From the NCBI GenBank assembly GCA_964244895.1, contig CAXTKV010000028.1, positions 1-35,490 of the forward strand: DNA of 35,490 bases, given 5' to 3'. The notes below the pieces were generated by a model. It did not search any database. It saw nothing but the letters and a program-made list of their open reading frames with translations, and was not told the DNA's origin. The first letter of the stretch is position 1; each line of letters begins with the position of its first letter. Origin of the DNA: an uncultured Deinococcales bacterium. GTDB lineage: Bacteria > Deinococcota > Deinococci > Deinococcales > JAAFIG01. A program made the position numbers and the translations under genes. Positions 1-9,269 of this stretch are shown here, in pieces.

Positions 1-254
1 TTCAAAGACCAGTTTTTTCTCATTCGCACACGCTCGGGGCGAACATGGCTGGTTTCAACGGGGGGATTCAGATTGCGAACGCTGACTCGATACGACTGGA
101 TAAGATTTGTGTCCAGGGATTCTTCAATTTCAGGTTGTTTGATCGTGCCTTTATCGATCGAGCATTCAAATCAGGACATTTTTGCTTCTGTACAAGAGAA
201 ATATTCACGCCGTGCGCCTCGCCATAGCTCGCGTTCTCGAGGGAGGATGTCACG

Positions 255-3200
255 ATGAATCCTGTACGTTTTGCCATTGGGTTACCAATCCAGTTCTCGA
301 AAGCTCGCGAGCAACTCGCCCATAAGTCAGCTAGCGGAATGATCAGACTGATGGCCGCGCTCACGCTCCTGACCGCGATCTGGGCCTCGCCTGGGCTGGC
401 TCAGGGCATCTGTGCGACCCCCGGAAACGATGGCCCGCGCAACGCGACGGCCCCGGTCAATACCTTCTACCCACCAGCGAGCGCAGACTTGAGCGTGCCC
501 GCCGGAACCAGGAGCATCGCGCTCGGGGCCGTGCCGGCGACCGACGTGGCGGGCAACTCCTTCGGCAACGTCGCTATCGCGTCCGGCGACCTGCTCTTGG
601 TCATCCAGATGCAGGACGCCCAGATCGACTCGAGCGACACGAACACTTACGGGTCAGGAACGGCTGGGAACAACGGTTCCGGCCAGACCAGCATGAACAA
701 CTCCGGCAAGTACGAATACGCGGTCGCCACCAGCGCCGTGCCATTGACCGGTGGCACACTGAATTTCCGTGCAGCCGGAGCTGGCGGCGGTCTGATCAAC
801 GCCTACAATCAAGCGACCCCCACCGCCACGCGCGGTCAACGCACCTTCCAGGTGGTGCGCGTCCCCCAATTCTCGAGCCTGACGCTGGCTGCGAATGTAG
901 CCGCGCCGCGCTGGAACGGCAAAACGGGCGGCATCGTGGCCTTCGACGTGGCTGGCGACTTCAGCTTCGGCGGATTCTCCATCGACGCCAGCGGAGCGGG
1001 TTTCCGGGCGGGCTACTTGACCGTCAACTCGGCGGGCACCGAATCATCCGTTTACCGCGCCGCCAACTCGACCAAGCTCGGCGCTGGCAAAGGCGAAGGA
1101 ACGGCGGGCACACCGCAATTCATGTGGGACGAATTCACCGCCATCGATAACGGCGTTCAGGGCTACCCAAACGGTGACCTTTCGCGCGGCGCACCAGCCA
1201 ACGCGGGCGGTGGCGGCAACGAACACAACGCGGGCGGCGGCGGCGGCGGTAATGGTGGTCGCGGCGGTGAAGGTGGTTACGGCTGGGAAGGTGCGGGTAC
1301 CGGGCCGAACGGGGCGACCTTCGCGGACACGGGCGGTCGACCTGGATTCCCCAGTTCCACCTCGAGTCCCGCCGTTGACAGACTGATTTTGGGCGGTGGT
1401 GGCGGCGGCGGCGATGCCAATAACGCAACCACCGGTGTGCGCGGTGGTGTCGGCGGCGGCATCGTCCTGATTCGGGCCGGTCGGATCGTCGGGTCTGGAA
1501 CCATCCGTGCCAACGGAACCGACGGTGACCGGGGCGCGCAGGGATCGGCTCCCGACGGTGCGGGTGGCGGCGGTGCGGGCGGAACGGTGCTGGTTTCCGC
1601 GCTGAGCAACAGCCCTACAGCCAGCTTGACGCTTCAGGTCAACGGCGGCAGGGGCGGCAACACCGCCGGAGATAACGGGGTTCCGCACGGCCCAGGCGGT
1701 GGCGGCGGTGGCGGTGTGGTTCTGACCAACGTTCCAGGAGCCACGATCAGCACAGCCATCGCGGGCGGGGCAAACGGCCTCACCAACGATGGAGCGGGCA
1801 TTACCCACAACGCCGCGCCCGGTGCGGCGGGTCTGGCCAACACCTTCACGACCGCTTCAGACCCGTTCTCGAGTGGCTTCGGAGCAGCCTGCTATCCGCA
1901 GGTGCAGACCACCAAGTCTGAAGCCAACGCGGGCGCAGCCGGAGCCAGGGTACCGCCCGTGACCGCCGTGTACACCATCAGCACGACCAACACCGGGACG
2001 ACCGGCGCGGCGGGCGGCGTGCAGATTGCGGACGCCCTGCCCGCAGGGTTCAGCTTCGCTTCCGCGACGGTGGCTTACACGGGGAACGCGGCGGGGCCGA
2101 CCAGCCCGTTGACCAATCAAGGCACAGCCTCGAGCGTGCTGTTCGGTGATTTCAACATTCCGGCGGGCGGTGTGGTGACGATCACCCTGACGGTCAACAT
2201 CGCCGCGACGGTCGCATCGGGCACGTATAACAACCCGGCGCAAGCCAATTACCTCGATCCGACCCGAAGCACCGCCACGCGCCGCATCACGCCCGCAGCC
2301 AACGCCTCGTCGGGATCGAACACGACCTACGAAGGCGGTACGGCAGTCGGTCAAACCGTGTCGGGTTCCAATTACAACGGAACTGCGGGTGGCCCTACGG
2401 CAGAGGATGTCGTGATCGTTCACCCGGATCTGACCATCGCCAAATCGCACACCCCAGCCATCTTCAACGCTGGTTCGACTGGAACGTTTAGCCTGACCGT
2501 CACCAACAAGGCCTCCGCGACCGGATCGACCGGTGGTCGAACTGTGACCGTCACGGACGTGCTGCCCGCGCAATTTACGCCGACCTCGAACAGCTTTGGC
2601 TCGAACGGCTGGGCCTGCACGGCTTCCGGTCAGACCGTGACTTGTACGCGCTCGGACGCGCTGGCGGCGGGCTCGAGCTACCCGATTCTGAACGTGCCCG
2701 TCAACGTTGTCGGCGCGATCAACAGCGCCATCACCAACACCGCCAGCGTCGCCACGCCCGGCGAGGATCCCTCGCTCGGCACGACCGGCGACAACACCGC
2801 CTCGGATACCGTCAGCGTCGCTTCGATCGGCGTCGCCAAGCGCGTCTCGAGCGGTGCGGATCGTCAGGCGGACGGCAGCTTCAACGCGACCTACGAGGTC
2901 TTCGTCAAGAACTACGGCGCGGTCGCGCTCAGCAACGCTCAGGTCACCGATGACCTGAGCCTGACCTTCGCCAGCCCCGCGACCTTCAGCGTCACGGCGG
3001 TCGGTGGCACGGGCTCGAACGCCAGTTTTAACGGCACCAGCAACAAGAATTTGCTGGCGGCGGGCATCACGCTCAACCCCGGTGATTCGCGCACGGTCAC
3101 CTTCACGGTCAACCTCAAGCCGAACGGCGCAGCGGGGCCGTACAACAACACCGCCAACGCCTCTGGCACGCCACCGAGCGGGCCAGTCGTGACGGATGCC

Positions 3201-6200
3201 TCGAACAACGGCACCAACCCGAACCCTTCCGGCGACGGCAACCCGACGAAAGCTGCCGAAAACACGCCCACGCCGCTGACGACTTTCCCGGTGATCGGCA
3301 CGGCCAAAGCCGTCGTCGGAACGCCCATCAAGCAGGCCAACGGCAGTTTCAACGTCAATTACAGCGTGCTGGTTAAGAACCTCGGCAGCGTCACGCTTTC
3401 AAACGTGCAGGCCACGGATGACCTGTCCACGACTTTCCCGGCCCCGACGACCTTCAGCGTCACGGCGGTCGGCGGCACGGGCTCGAACGCCAGTTTTAAC
3501 GGCACCAGCAACAAGAACCTTCTGGCACCTGGCGTGACGCTCAACGCTGGCGAATCGCGCACGGTCACCTTCACGGTCAACATCGTGCCGAACAACAGCT
3601 TCGGGCCGTTCAACAATTCTGTCACCGCCACCGGCACGCCACCGACCGGCCCGGCGGTATCGGATGTCTCCAACAACGGCACCGATCCCGACCCGAACAA
3701 CAACACCAACCCCGGCGATCCCGGCGAGGACAAGCCCACGCCCGTCAACTTGGCGGCCAACCCGCAGATCGGTGCGGCCAAGAGCGCCAGTGCCAGCGCC
3801 GCAAAAGGCGACGGCAGCTACGACGTGACCTACGCGGTGCTGGTCAAGAACATCGGGGACATCACGCTTCAGAACGTCACCGCCACCGATGACCTTTCTG
3901 CGACCTTCGCGGGCGCGGTTTTCAACGTCACGACCGTCTCCGGCTCGGGCTCGAACGCCAACTTCAACGGTTCCTCCGACAAGAACCTTCTGGGTGCGGG
4001 CGTCAGCCTCAACCCCGGCGAATCGCGCACGATTACCCTGGTGGTCAACGTCAAACTGTCCGGCACGAACTTCGGGCCATTCAACAACACCGTCAACGTT
4101 TCCGGTAAACCCGCCCCGACCGCGCTCGATCCGAACCCGACGGCAGTATCGGATGCGTCCAACAACGGCACCGACCCCGACCCGAACAACAACGCTCGAG
4201 CCAACGATCCCGGCGAGGACGCGCCTACTCCCGTCTCGTTCAGCCCGAACCCGGTCATCGGTGTCGCCAAAAGCGCCAGTGCAGCGGTGCTTCAGGCGGA
4301 CGGCGCGTACCTGGTGACCTACACCGTGCTGGTCGAGAATCTTGGAAACACCGTGCTGAACGGTGCCCAGGTCACGGACAACTTGTCCAACACGTTCCCC
4401 ACCCCGACGACCTTCAGCGTTACCAGCGTTTCGGGTTCGGGCGCGAACGCGAGCTTCAACGGCACCACCGACCAGAATCTGCTCACCGCTGGCGTCAACC
4501 TCAGCCTGGGTGGTTCGAGAACCGTGACCTTCACGGTACGGATCGTGCCGAACGGTGCGTTCGGACCGTTCAACAACACCGCCACCGCGACCGCCGCATC
4601 GCCCGCCGGTACGACCGTCACGGACGTTTCCAACAACGGCTCGAACACCGACCCGAACGGCAACAACAAGCCCAACGATCCCGGCGAGGACGACCCGACC
4701 CCGGTCAACCTCAACCCGAACCCGGTGATCGGCACCGCCAAGACGGTCTCGAGCGGCCCGACGCGCTTGGCGGACGGCAGCTACGACATCACCTACAGCG
4801 TGATCGTCAGGAATTACGGCAACGTCGCGCTGCAGAACGTCAGCGCCAGCGATGACCTGACCCAGACCTTCCAGTCGCCCACGACCTTCACCGTCAAGAG
4901 CGCCTCCGGTTCGGGCGTCAACGCGAGCTTCAACGGATCGTCGAACAAGAACCTGCTCGCGGCGAGCACGAGCCTCTCCGTCGGGCAGAGCCGCACGCTG
5001 CAATTCACGGTCAACGTCGTGCCGAACGGCAATTTCGGACCGTTCAGCAACACCGTGATCGCGCAGGGGACACCCCCGGCGACCGTCGCCAACCCGAACC
5101 CGTCGCCCGTCACGGATCTCTCGAACGATGGCACGAACCCCAACCCGTCCGGTGACAACACCCCCAACCAGCCCGCCGAGAACGCACCCACCACGGTCAG
5201 CCTCGCGCCGAACGCGGTCATCGGCACGGCCAAAGCGGTCAGCGCCGCGATCCGCCAGGCGGACGGTTCCTACAACCTGACCTACACCGTGCTGGTCAAG
5301 AATTACGGCAACACCGCGCTGAACGGCGTTCAGGCCACCGACGACCTGAAGTCAACCTTCCCGTCCCCGACGGTCTTTGCGGTCACCGGCGTGTCCGGTA
5401 CGGACTCGAATGCCAGCTTTAACGGATCAACCAACAAGAACCTGCTCGCGCCGGGCGTGAGCCTCGATCCCGATGAATCGCGCACCGTGACCTTCACGCT
5501 GAACATCAAACCGAACAACAGCTTCGGCCCGTTCGACAACACCGTGCTGGCCTCCGGCACGCCGCCGCCGACCACCGCCAACCCGAGCCCCAGCCCCGTG
5601 ACCGACCTGTCCAACGACGGCACGAACCCCGACCCATCCGGTGACGGCGACCCGACCCAGTCCAGCGAGAACGCGCCGACCCGCACGAGCCTCTCGCCCA
5701 ACCCGGTCATCGGTACGGCCAAAGCGGTCAGCGCCGCGATCCGTCAGGCGAACGGCAGTTACACCCTGACGTACACGGTGGTCGTACAGAACTACGGCAA
5801 CATCCGCCTCGAGAACGTCAGCGCGACCGACAACCTGACGCTGACGTTCCCGAGCCCGACGAGCTTCACGGTTTCCAACGTGTCCGGTTCCGGCGCGAAC
5901 GCGGGATTCAACGGATCGTCCAACAAAAACCTGATCGTCTCGGGCATCGCGCTCGAGAGCGGCGAATCGCGCACCATCACCTACACCGTCAATGTCGTAC
6001 CGAACGGCGCTTTCGGCCCGTTCGACAACAGCGTTCTGGCTGCGGGCACGACGCCCACCAGCACGCCGGGCGGCCCGCAGACCGTCACCGATACCTCCAA
6101 CACGGGCACCAACCCGAACCCGTCCGGTGACGGCGATCCGACCAAACCCGCCGAGAACAACCCGACCCGCGTCTCCCTGACCCCGAATCCGCTGATCGGT

Positions 6201-9200
6201 TCGGCCAAGAGCGCCAGTGCGGCAGCCCTGCAACCCGACGGCAGCTACACGATCAGCTACAACGTGCTGATCCAGAACTACGGCAACGTCGCGCTCAGCA
6301 ATGTGCAGGGCACGGATGACCTCACCGCCACATTCCCCGCGCCCGCCAGCTTCACCGTCACCGGCGTCTCCGGCTCGAGCGCCAACCCGAACTTCGATGG
6401 TTCGGGCGACAAGAACCTCTTGGGCGCGGGCGTGAGCCTCAACCCCGGCGAATCGCGCACGGTCAGCTTCAGCGTCCGGGTCGTGCCGAACGGCAACTTT
6501 GGGCCGTTCAACAACAACGTCATCGCCAGGGGCACGCCCCCCGGAGCGCCGCCCGTCACCGACGTGTCCGACAACTCCAACTCCGGCCTGAACCCCGACC
6601 CCAACGGCGATGGCGATCCGACCGAGCCCAGCGAGAACAACCCGACCGTCGTGACCCTGACCCCCAGACCTGCGATCGGCACGGCCAAGGCCGCCAGCGC
6701 TTCCGGCGTTCAGGCGGACGGCAGCTACAACATCACTTACACCGTGCTGGTCAAGAATTACGGCAACACCGTGCTGTACGGTGCTCAGGCCACCGATGAG
6801 CTCTCTGCAACCTTCCCCGCACCCGCGACCTACGCGGTCTCGAGCGTGACGGGTACGGATGCCAACGCCAGCTTCGATGGCAAGACCAACAAGAAACTCC
6901 TCAAGGACGGCATCGCCCTCAACCCCGGCGAGACGCGCACCGTCACCTTCGTGGTCAACCTCAAGCCCGGCGCGAACAACCTCGGGCCGTTCAACAACAC
7001 CGTGCTGGCCTCCGGCACGCCGCCATCTACCACCGCCAACCCGAACCCCGTGCCCGTGACGGACGTGTCCAACAACGGCACCGACCCGGATCCGTCCGGC
7101 GACGGCGACCCGACCCAGGCCAGCGAGAACAAACCCACCCCCGTCAACCTCGCACCCAACCCGGTGATCGGCACGGCCAAAGCCGCAGGCCCGGCGCTGC
7201 CGCAACCGAACGGTACGTACAACGTGACCTACACGGTCGTGGTCAAGAACTACGGCAACGTCACGCTCTCAAATGCCCAGGCCAGCGATGATCTGACCAC
7301 CATCTTCCCGGCCCCGATGACCTTCGCGGTTTCCAGCGTCAGCGGGACGGACTCGAACGCAGGCTTTAACGGGTCATCCAACAAGAACCTGCTGGGTGCG
7401 GGGGTGAGCCTCAACCCCGGCGAATCGCGCAAGATCACGTTTACGCTCAACATCGTTCCCAATGGCAATTTCGGGCTGTTCGAGAACACCGTGATCGCCA
7501 CCGGAACCGCGCCCGCCGTGGGTGCTAACCCTGCCCAGACGGTTAGCGACCGATCCACCGACGGTACCAACCCGAACCCGTCCGGCGATGGCGACCCGAC
7601 CAAAGCCACCGAGAACAAACCCACCCCGATCAGCCTCTCGCCCAAGCCGGTGATCGGCACGGCCAAAGCCGTCTCGAGCGGTCCGACCCTCAACCCGGAC
7701 GGTAGCTTCGACGTGAGCTTCGTGGTGTACGTCAAGAATTACGGCAACACCGTGCTGAACAACGCCATCGCCAACGATGATTTGAACTTGACCTTCCCCG
7801 CGCCGTCCGCCTTCACCGTCACCAGCGTGACCGGCGCGGGCGCGAACGCCAGCTTCAACGGGTCAACCAACAAGAACCTGCTGGCCGCTGGAACCAACCT
7901 GGCCATCGGTGAGAGCCGCCGCATCAGCTTCACCGTCCGGGTGACGCCCAACGGCAGCTACGGCCCGTACCAGAACAGCGTGCTGGCGCAGGGAACGGCT
8001 CCGGCCTCCGGCGGCAACCCGGCGCAGACGGTCAGCGACCGCTCCAACGACGATCCCAATTTCAACAAGACCGACCCGACCGCCGTGCCGGAACCCGACC
8101 CGAACGGCAACAACGACCCGACCGAACTGACCGAGAACGCGCCGACGCCCATCAACGTCAACCCCGTGCCGCTGGCGCAGGGCAAGTTGCGGTTGACCAA
8201 AACCGTCGGTCAGCCCATCGCCAGGGTCGGTGAACCGTTGACCTACACCATCGAGGCGTTCAACGAATCGAGCGTCCCGATGCCCGACTTGCGCGTCGAA
8301 GACGTGCTGCCGTTCGGCTTGATCTACCGCGCGGGCTCGAGCCTGGTCAATGGGCAGGCCATAGAACCGACCGTCACCACCCAGGCCGACGAGAGGGGCC
8401 GCCAGGTGCAGAGGCTCGTCTGGAGCGTTCCGGGCGTGCTCGCACCCGGAGCCAAGGCCAGGGTGCAGTTCTCGGTCAACGTCACGCCGCTGGTGCCGGA
8501 AGGCAACCTGATCAATACGGCCACCGCCAGCGCCTTCGGCGGTCAGGTCAGATCGAACGCGGCCTCTGCCGCCGTCAAGGTCGATCTGGGCGTCTTCACC
8601 AACAACATCGTGATCGTCGGGCGCGTGTACTTCGACGCGAACGACAACAACAGCTTCGAGTCCGGCGTGGACACGCCGCTGGCCGGGGCGCGGGTCTACC
8701 TCAGCGACGGTCGTTACGCCGTGACGGATGCGCTGGGTCGGTACAGCATCCCGGATGTCGCGCCCGGTTTGTACGCCGTGCGGCTCGACCCCTTGACCGC
8801 ACCGTACGCGCCCAAACCCGTCCCGGACGACCAGGGTCAGCGCGGCACGCGCTACGTCCGTCCGGGCATCGGCGGCGGCATCGACAACGAAGATTTCCCG
8901 CTCTACCCGAGCAAGGGCGCAGCCACCAAAGCCCGATCTACGACGGTGACTCGAGGCGCGGTCACGCTGGTCAAGACCTTGCAGCAGGGCGGCGCGGGTT
9001 ACGCGATCCAGGTCGCGATCACCGTAGACAAGCCCGTCTCCAACCTGACGCTAACCGACCCGCTGCCCGCTGGCAGCACGCGCGGCCCGGTGACGTTGAT
9101 CGGCCCGAACGGTGCGCTGATCCCCGTGACCGTCCAGGACGGCAAGATCATCGTTCCCGGCACGCTCGAGCCGGGCAAGTACACGCTCTCATACGCGATC

Positions 9201-9269
9201 TTCACGGGATTACCGCCGGATCAGGTGGTCACGGATCCTGACATCAATTACGACGAGGTGATCCGATGA
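255..9269 (+). CDS. Giant secreted surface protein or adhesin (3004 aa): signal peptide, Gly-rich head, DUF11-like domains, 11 tandem Ig-like repeats, C-terminal DUF11 and SdrD-B-like domains
   Basis: GGAGG RBS before the ATG; hydrophobic signal ending ASPGLA/Q; polyglycine stretches; DUF11-like motifs (DLTIAKSH...VTDVLP; LRLTKTV...VEDVLP); GRVYFDANDNNSFESG..LAGARVYL..TDALGRYS is SdrD-B-like. Confidence 0.85.
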   Translation: MNPVRFAIGLPIQFSKAREQLAHKSASGMIRLMAALTLLTAIWASPGLAQGICATPGNDGPRNATAPVNTFYPPASADLSVPAGTRSIALGAVPATDVAGNSFGNVAIASGDLLLVIQMQDAQIDSSDTNTYGSGTAGNNGSGQTSMNNSGKYEYAVATSAVPLTGGTLNFRAAGAGGGLINAYNQATPTATRGQRTFQVVRVPQFSSLTLAANVAAPRWNGKTGGIVAFDVAGDFSFGGFSIDASGAGFRAGYLTVNSAGTESSVYRAANSTKLGAGKGEGTAGTPQFMWDEFTAIDNGVQGYPNGDLSRGAPANAGGGGNEHNAGGGGGGNGGRGGEGGYGWEGAGTGPNGATFADTGGRPGFPSSTSSPAVDRLILGGGGGGGDANNATTGVRGGVGGGIVLIRAGRIVGSGTIRANGTDGDRGAQGSAPDGAGGGGAGGTVLVSALSNSPTASLTLQVNGGRGGNTAGDNGVPHGPGGGGGGGVVLTNVPGATISTAIAGGANGLTNDGAGITHNAAPGAAGLANTFTTASDPFSSGFGAACYPQVQTTKSEANAGAAGARVPPVTAVYTISTTNTGTTGAAGGVQIADALPAGFSFASATVAYTGNAAGPTSPLTNQGTASSVLFGDFNIPAGGVVTITLTVNIAATVASGTYNNPAQANYLDPTRSTATRRITPAANASSGSNTTYEGGTAVGQTVSGSNYNGTAGGPTAEDVVIVHPDLTIAKSHTPAIFNAGSTGTFSLTVTNKASATGSTGGRTVTVTDVLPAQFTPTSNSFGSNGWACTASGQTVTCTRSDALAAGSSYPILNVPVNVVGAINSAITNTASVATPGEDPSLGTTGDNTASDTVSVASIGVAKRVSSGADRQADGSFNATYEVFVKNYGAVALSNAQVTDDLSLTFASPATFSVTAVGGTGSNASFNGTSNKNLLAAGITLNPGDSRTVTFTVNLKPNGAAGPYNNTANASGTPPSGPVVTDASNNGTNPNPSGDGNPTKAAENTPTPLTTFPVIGTAKAVVGTPIKQANGSFNVNYSVLVKNLGSVTLSNVQATDDLSTTFPAPTTFSVTAVGGTGSNASFNGTSNKNLLAPGVTLNAGESRTVTFTVNIVPNNSFGPFNNSVTATGTPPTGPAVSDVSNNGTDPDPNNNTNPGDPGEDKPTPVNLAANPQIGAAKSASASAAKGDGSYDVTYAVLVKNIGDITLQNVTATDDLSATFAGAVFNVTTVSGSGSNANFNGSSDKNLLGAGVSLNPGESRTITLVVNVKLSGTNFGPFNNTVNVSGKPAPTALDPNPTAVSDASNNGTDPDPNNNARANDPGEDAPTPVSFSPNPVIGVAKSASAAVLQADGAYLVTYTVLVENLGNTVLNGAQVTDNLSNTFPTPTTFSVTSVSGSGANASFNGTTDQNLLTAGVNLSLGGSRTVTFTVRIVPNGAFGPFNNTATATAASPAGTTVTDVSNNGSNTDPNGNNKPNDPGEDDPTPVNLNPNPVIGTAKTVSSGPTRLADGSYDITYSVIVRNYGNVALQNVSASDDLTQTFQSPTTFTVKSASGSGVNASFNGSSNKNLLAASTSLSVGQSRTLQFTVNVVPNGNFGPFSNTVIAQGTPPATVANPNPSPVTDLSNDGTNPNPSGDNTPNQPAENAPTTVSLAPNAVIGTAKAVSAAIRQADGSYNLTYTVLVKNYGNTALNGVQATDDLKSTFPSPTVFAVTGVSGTDSNASFNGSTNKNLLAPGVSLDPDESRTVTFTLNIKPNNSFGPFDNTVLASGTPPPTTANPSPSPVTDLSNDGTNPDPSGDGDPTQSSENAPTRTSLSPNPVIGTAKAVSAAIRQANGSYTLTYTVVVQNYGNIRLENVSATDNLTLTFPSPTSFTVSNVSGSGANAGFNGSSNKNLIVSGIALESGESRTITYTVNVVPNGAFGPFDNSVLAAGTTPTSTPGGPQTVTDTSNTGTNPNPSGDGDPTKPAENNPTRVSLTPNPLIGSAKSASAAALQPDGSYTISYNVLIQNYGNVALSNVQGTDDLTATFPAPASFTVTGVSGSSANPNFDGSGDKNLLGAGVSLNPGESRTVSFSVRVVPNGNFGPFNNNVIARGTPPGAPPVTDVSDNSNSGLNPDPNGDGDPTEPSENNPTVVTLTPRPAIGTAKAASASGVQADGSYNITYTVLVKNYGNTVLYGAQATDELSATFPAPATYAVSSVTGTDANASFDGKTNKKLLKDGIALNPGETRTVTFVVNLKPGANNLGPFNNTVLASGTPPSTTANPNPVPVTDVSNNGTDPDPSGDGDPTQASENKPTPVNLAPNPVIGTAKAAGPALPQPNGTYNVTYTVVVKNYGNVTLSNAQASDDLTTIFPAPMTFAVSSVSGTDSNAGFNGSSNKNLLGAGVSLNPGESRKITFTLNIVPNGNFGLFENTVIATGTAPAVGANPAQTVSDRSTDGTNPNPSGDGDPTKATENKPTPISLSPKPVIGTAKAVSSGPTLNPDGSFDVSFVVYVKNYGNTVLNNAIANDDLNLTFPAPSAFTVTSVTGAGANASFNGSTNKNLLAAGTNLAIGESRRISFTVRVTPNGSYGPYQNSVLAQGTAPASGGNPAQTVSDRSNDDPNFNKTDPTAVPEPDPNGNNDPTELTENAPTPINVNPVPLAQGKLRLTKTVGQPIARVGEPLTYTIEAFNESSVPMPDLRVEDVLPFGLIYRAGSSLVNGQAIEPTVTTQADERGRQVQRLVWSVPGVLAPGAKARVQFSVNVTPLVPEGNLINTATASAFGGQVRSNAASAAVKVDLGVFTNNIVIVGRVYFDANDNNSFESGVDTPLAGARVYLSDGRYAVTDALGRYSIPDVAPGLYAVRLDPLTAPYAPKPVPDDQGQRGTRYVRPGIGGGIDNEDFPLYPSKGAATKARSTTVTRGAVTLVKTLQQGGAGYAIQVAITVDKPVSNLTLTDPLPAGSTRGPVTLIGPNGALIPVTVQDGKIIVPGTLEPGKYTLSYAIFTGLPPDQVVTDPDINYDEVIR
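2823..8165 (+). repeat. 11 tandem intragenic ~485-bp (~160-aa) repeats in the giant protein
   Basis: Units begin IG(T/V/A/S)AK near 2823, 3291, 3765, 4254, 4725, 5217, 5706, 6192, 6672, 7164 and 7650; shared motifs resemble V.N.G...L, TDDL..TF, NA.FNG..NKNLL, GPFNN and DPDP.GD. Confidence 0.95.

Noticed and set aside
1..254. AT-rich leader of the adhesin operon as a riboswitch or small-ORF region
   Set aside because: Only weak hairpins and no aptamer consensus that I can recognise; the short ORFs look spurious. It is probably promoter DNA, and an Rfam scan would settle it.
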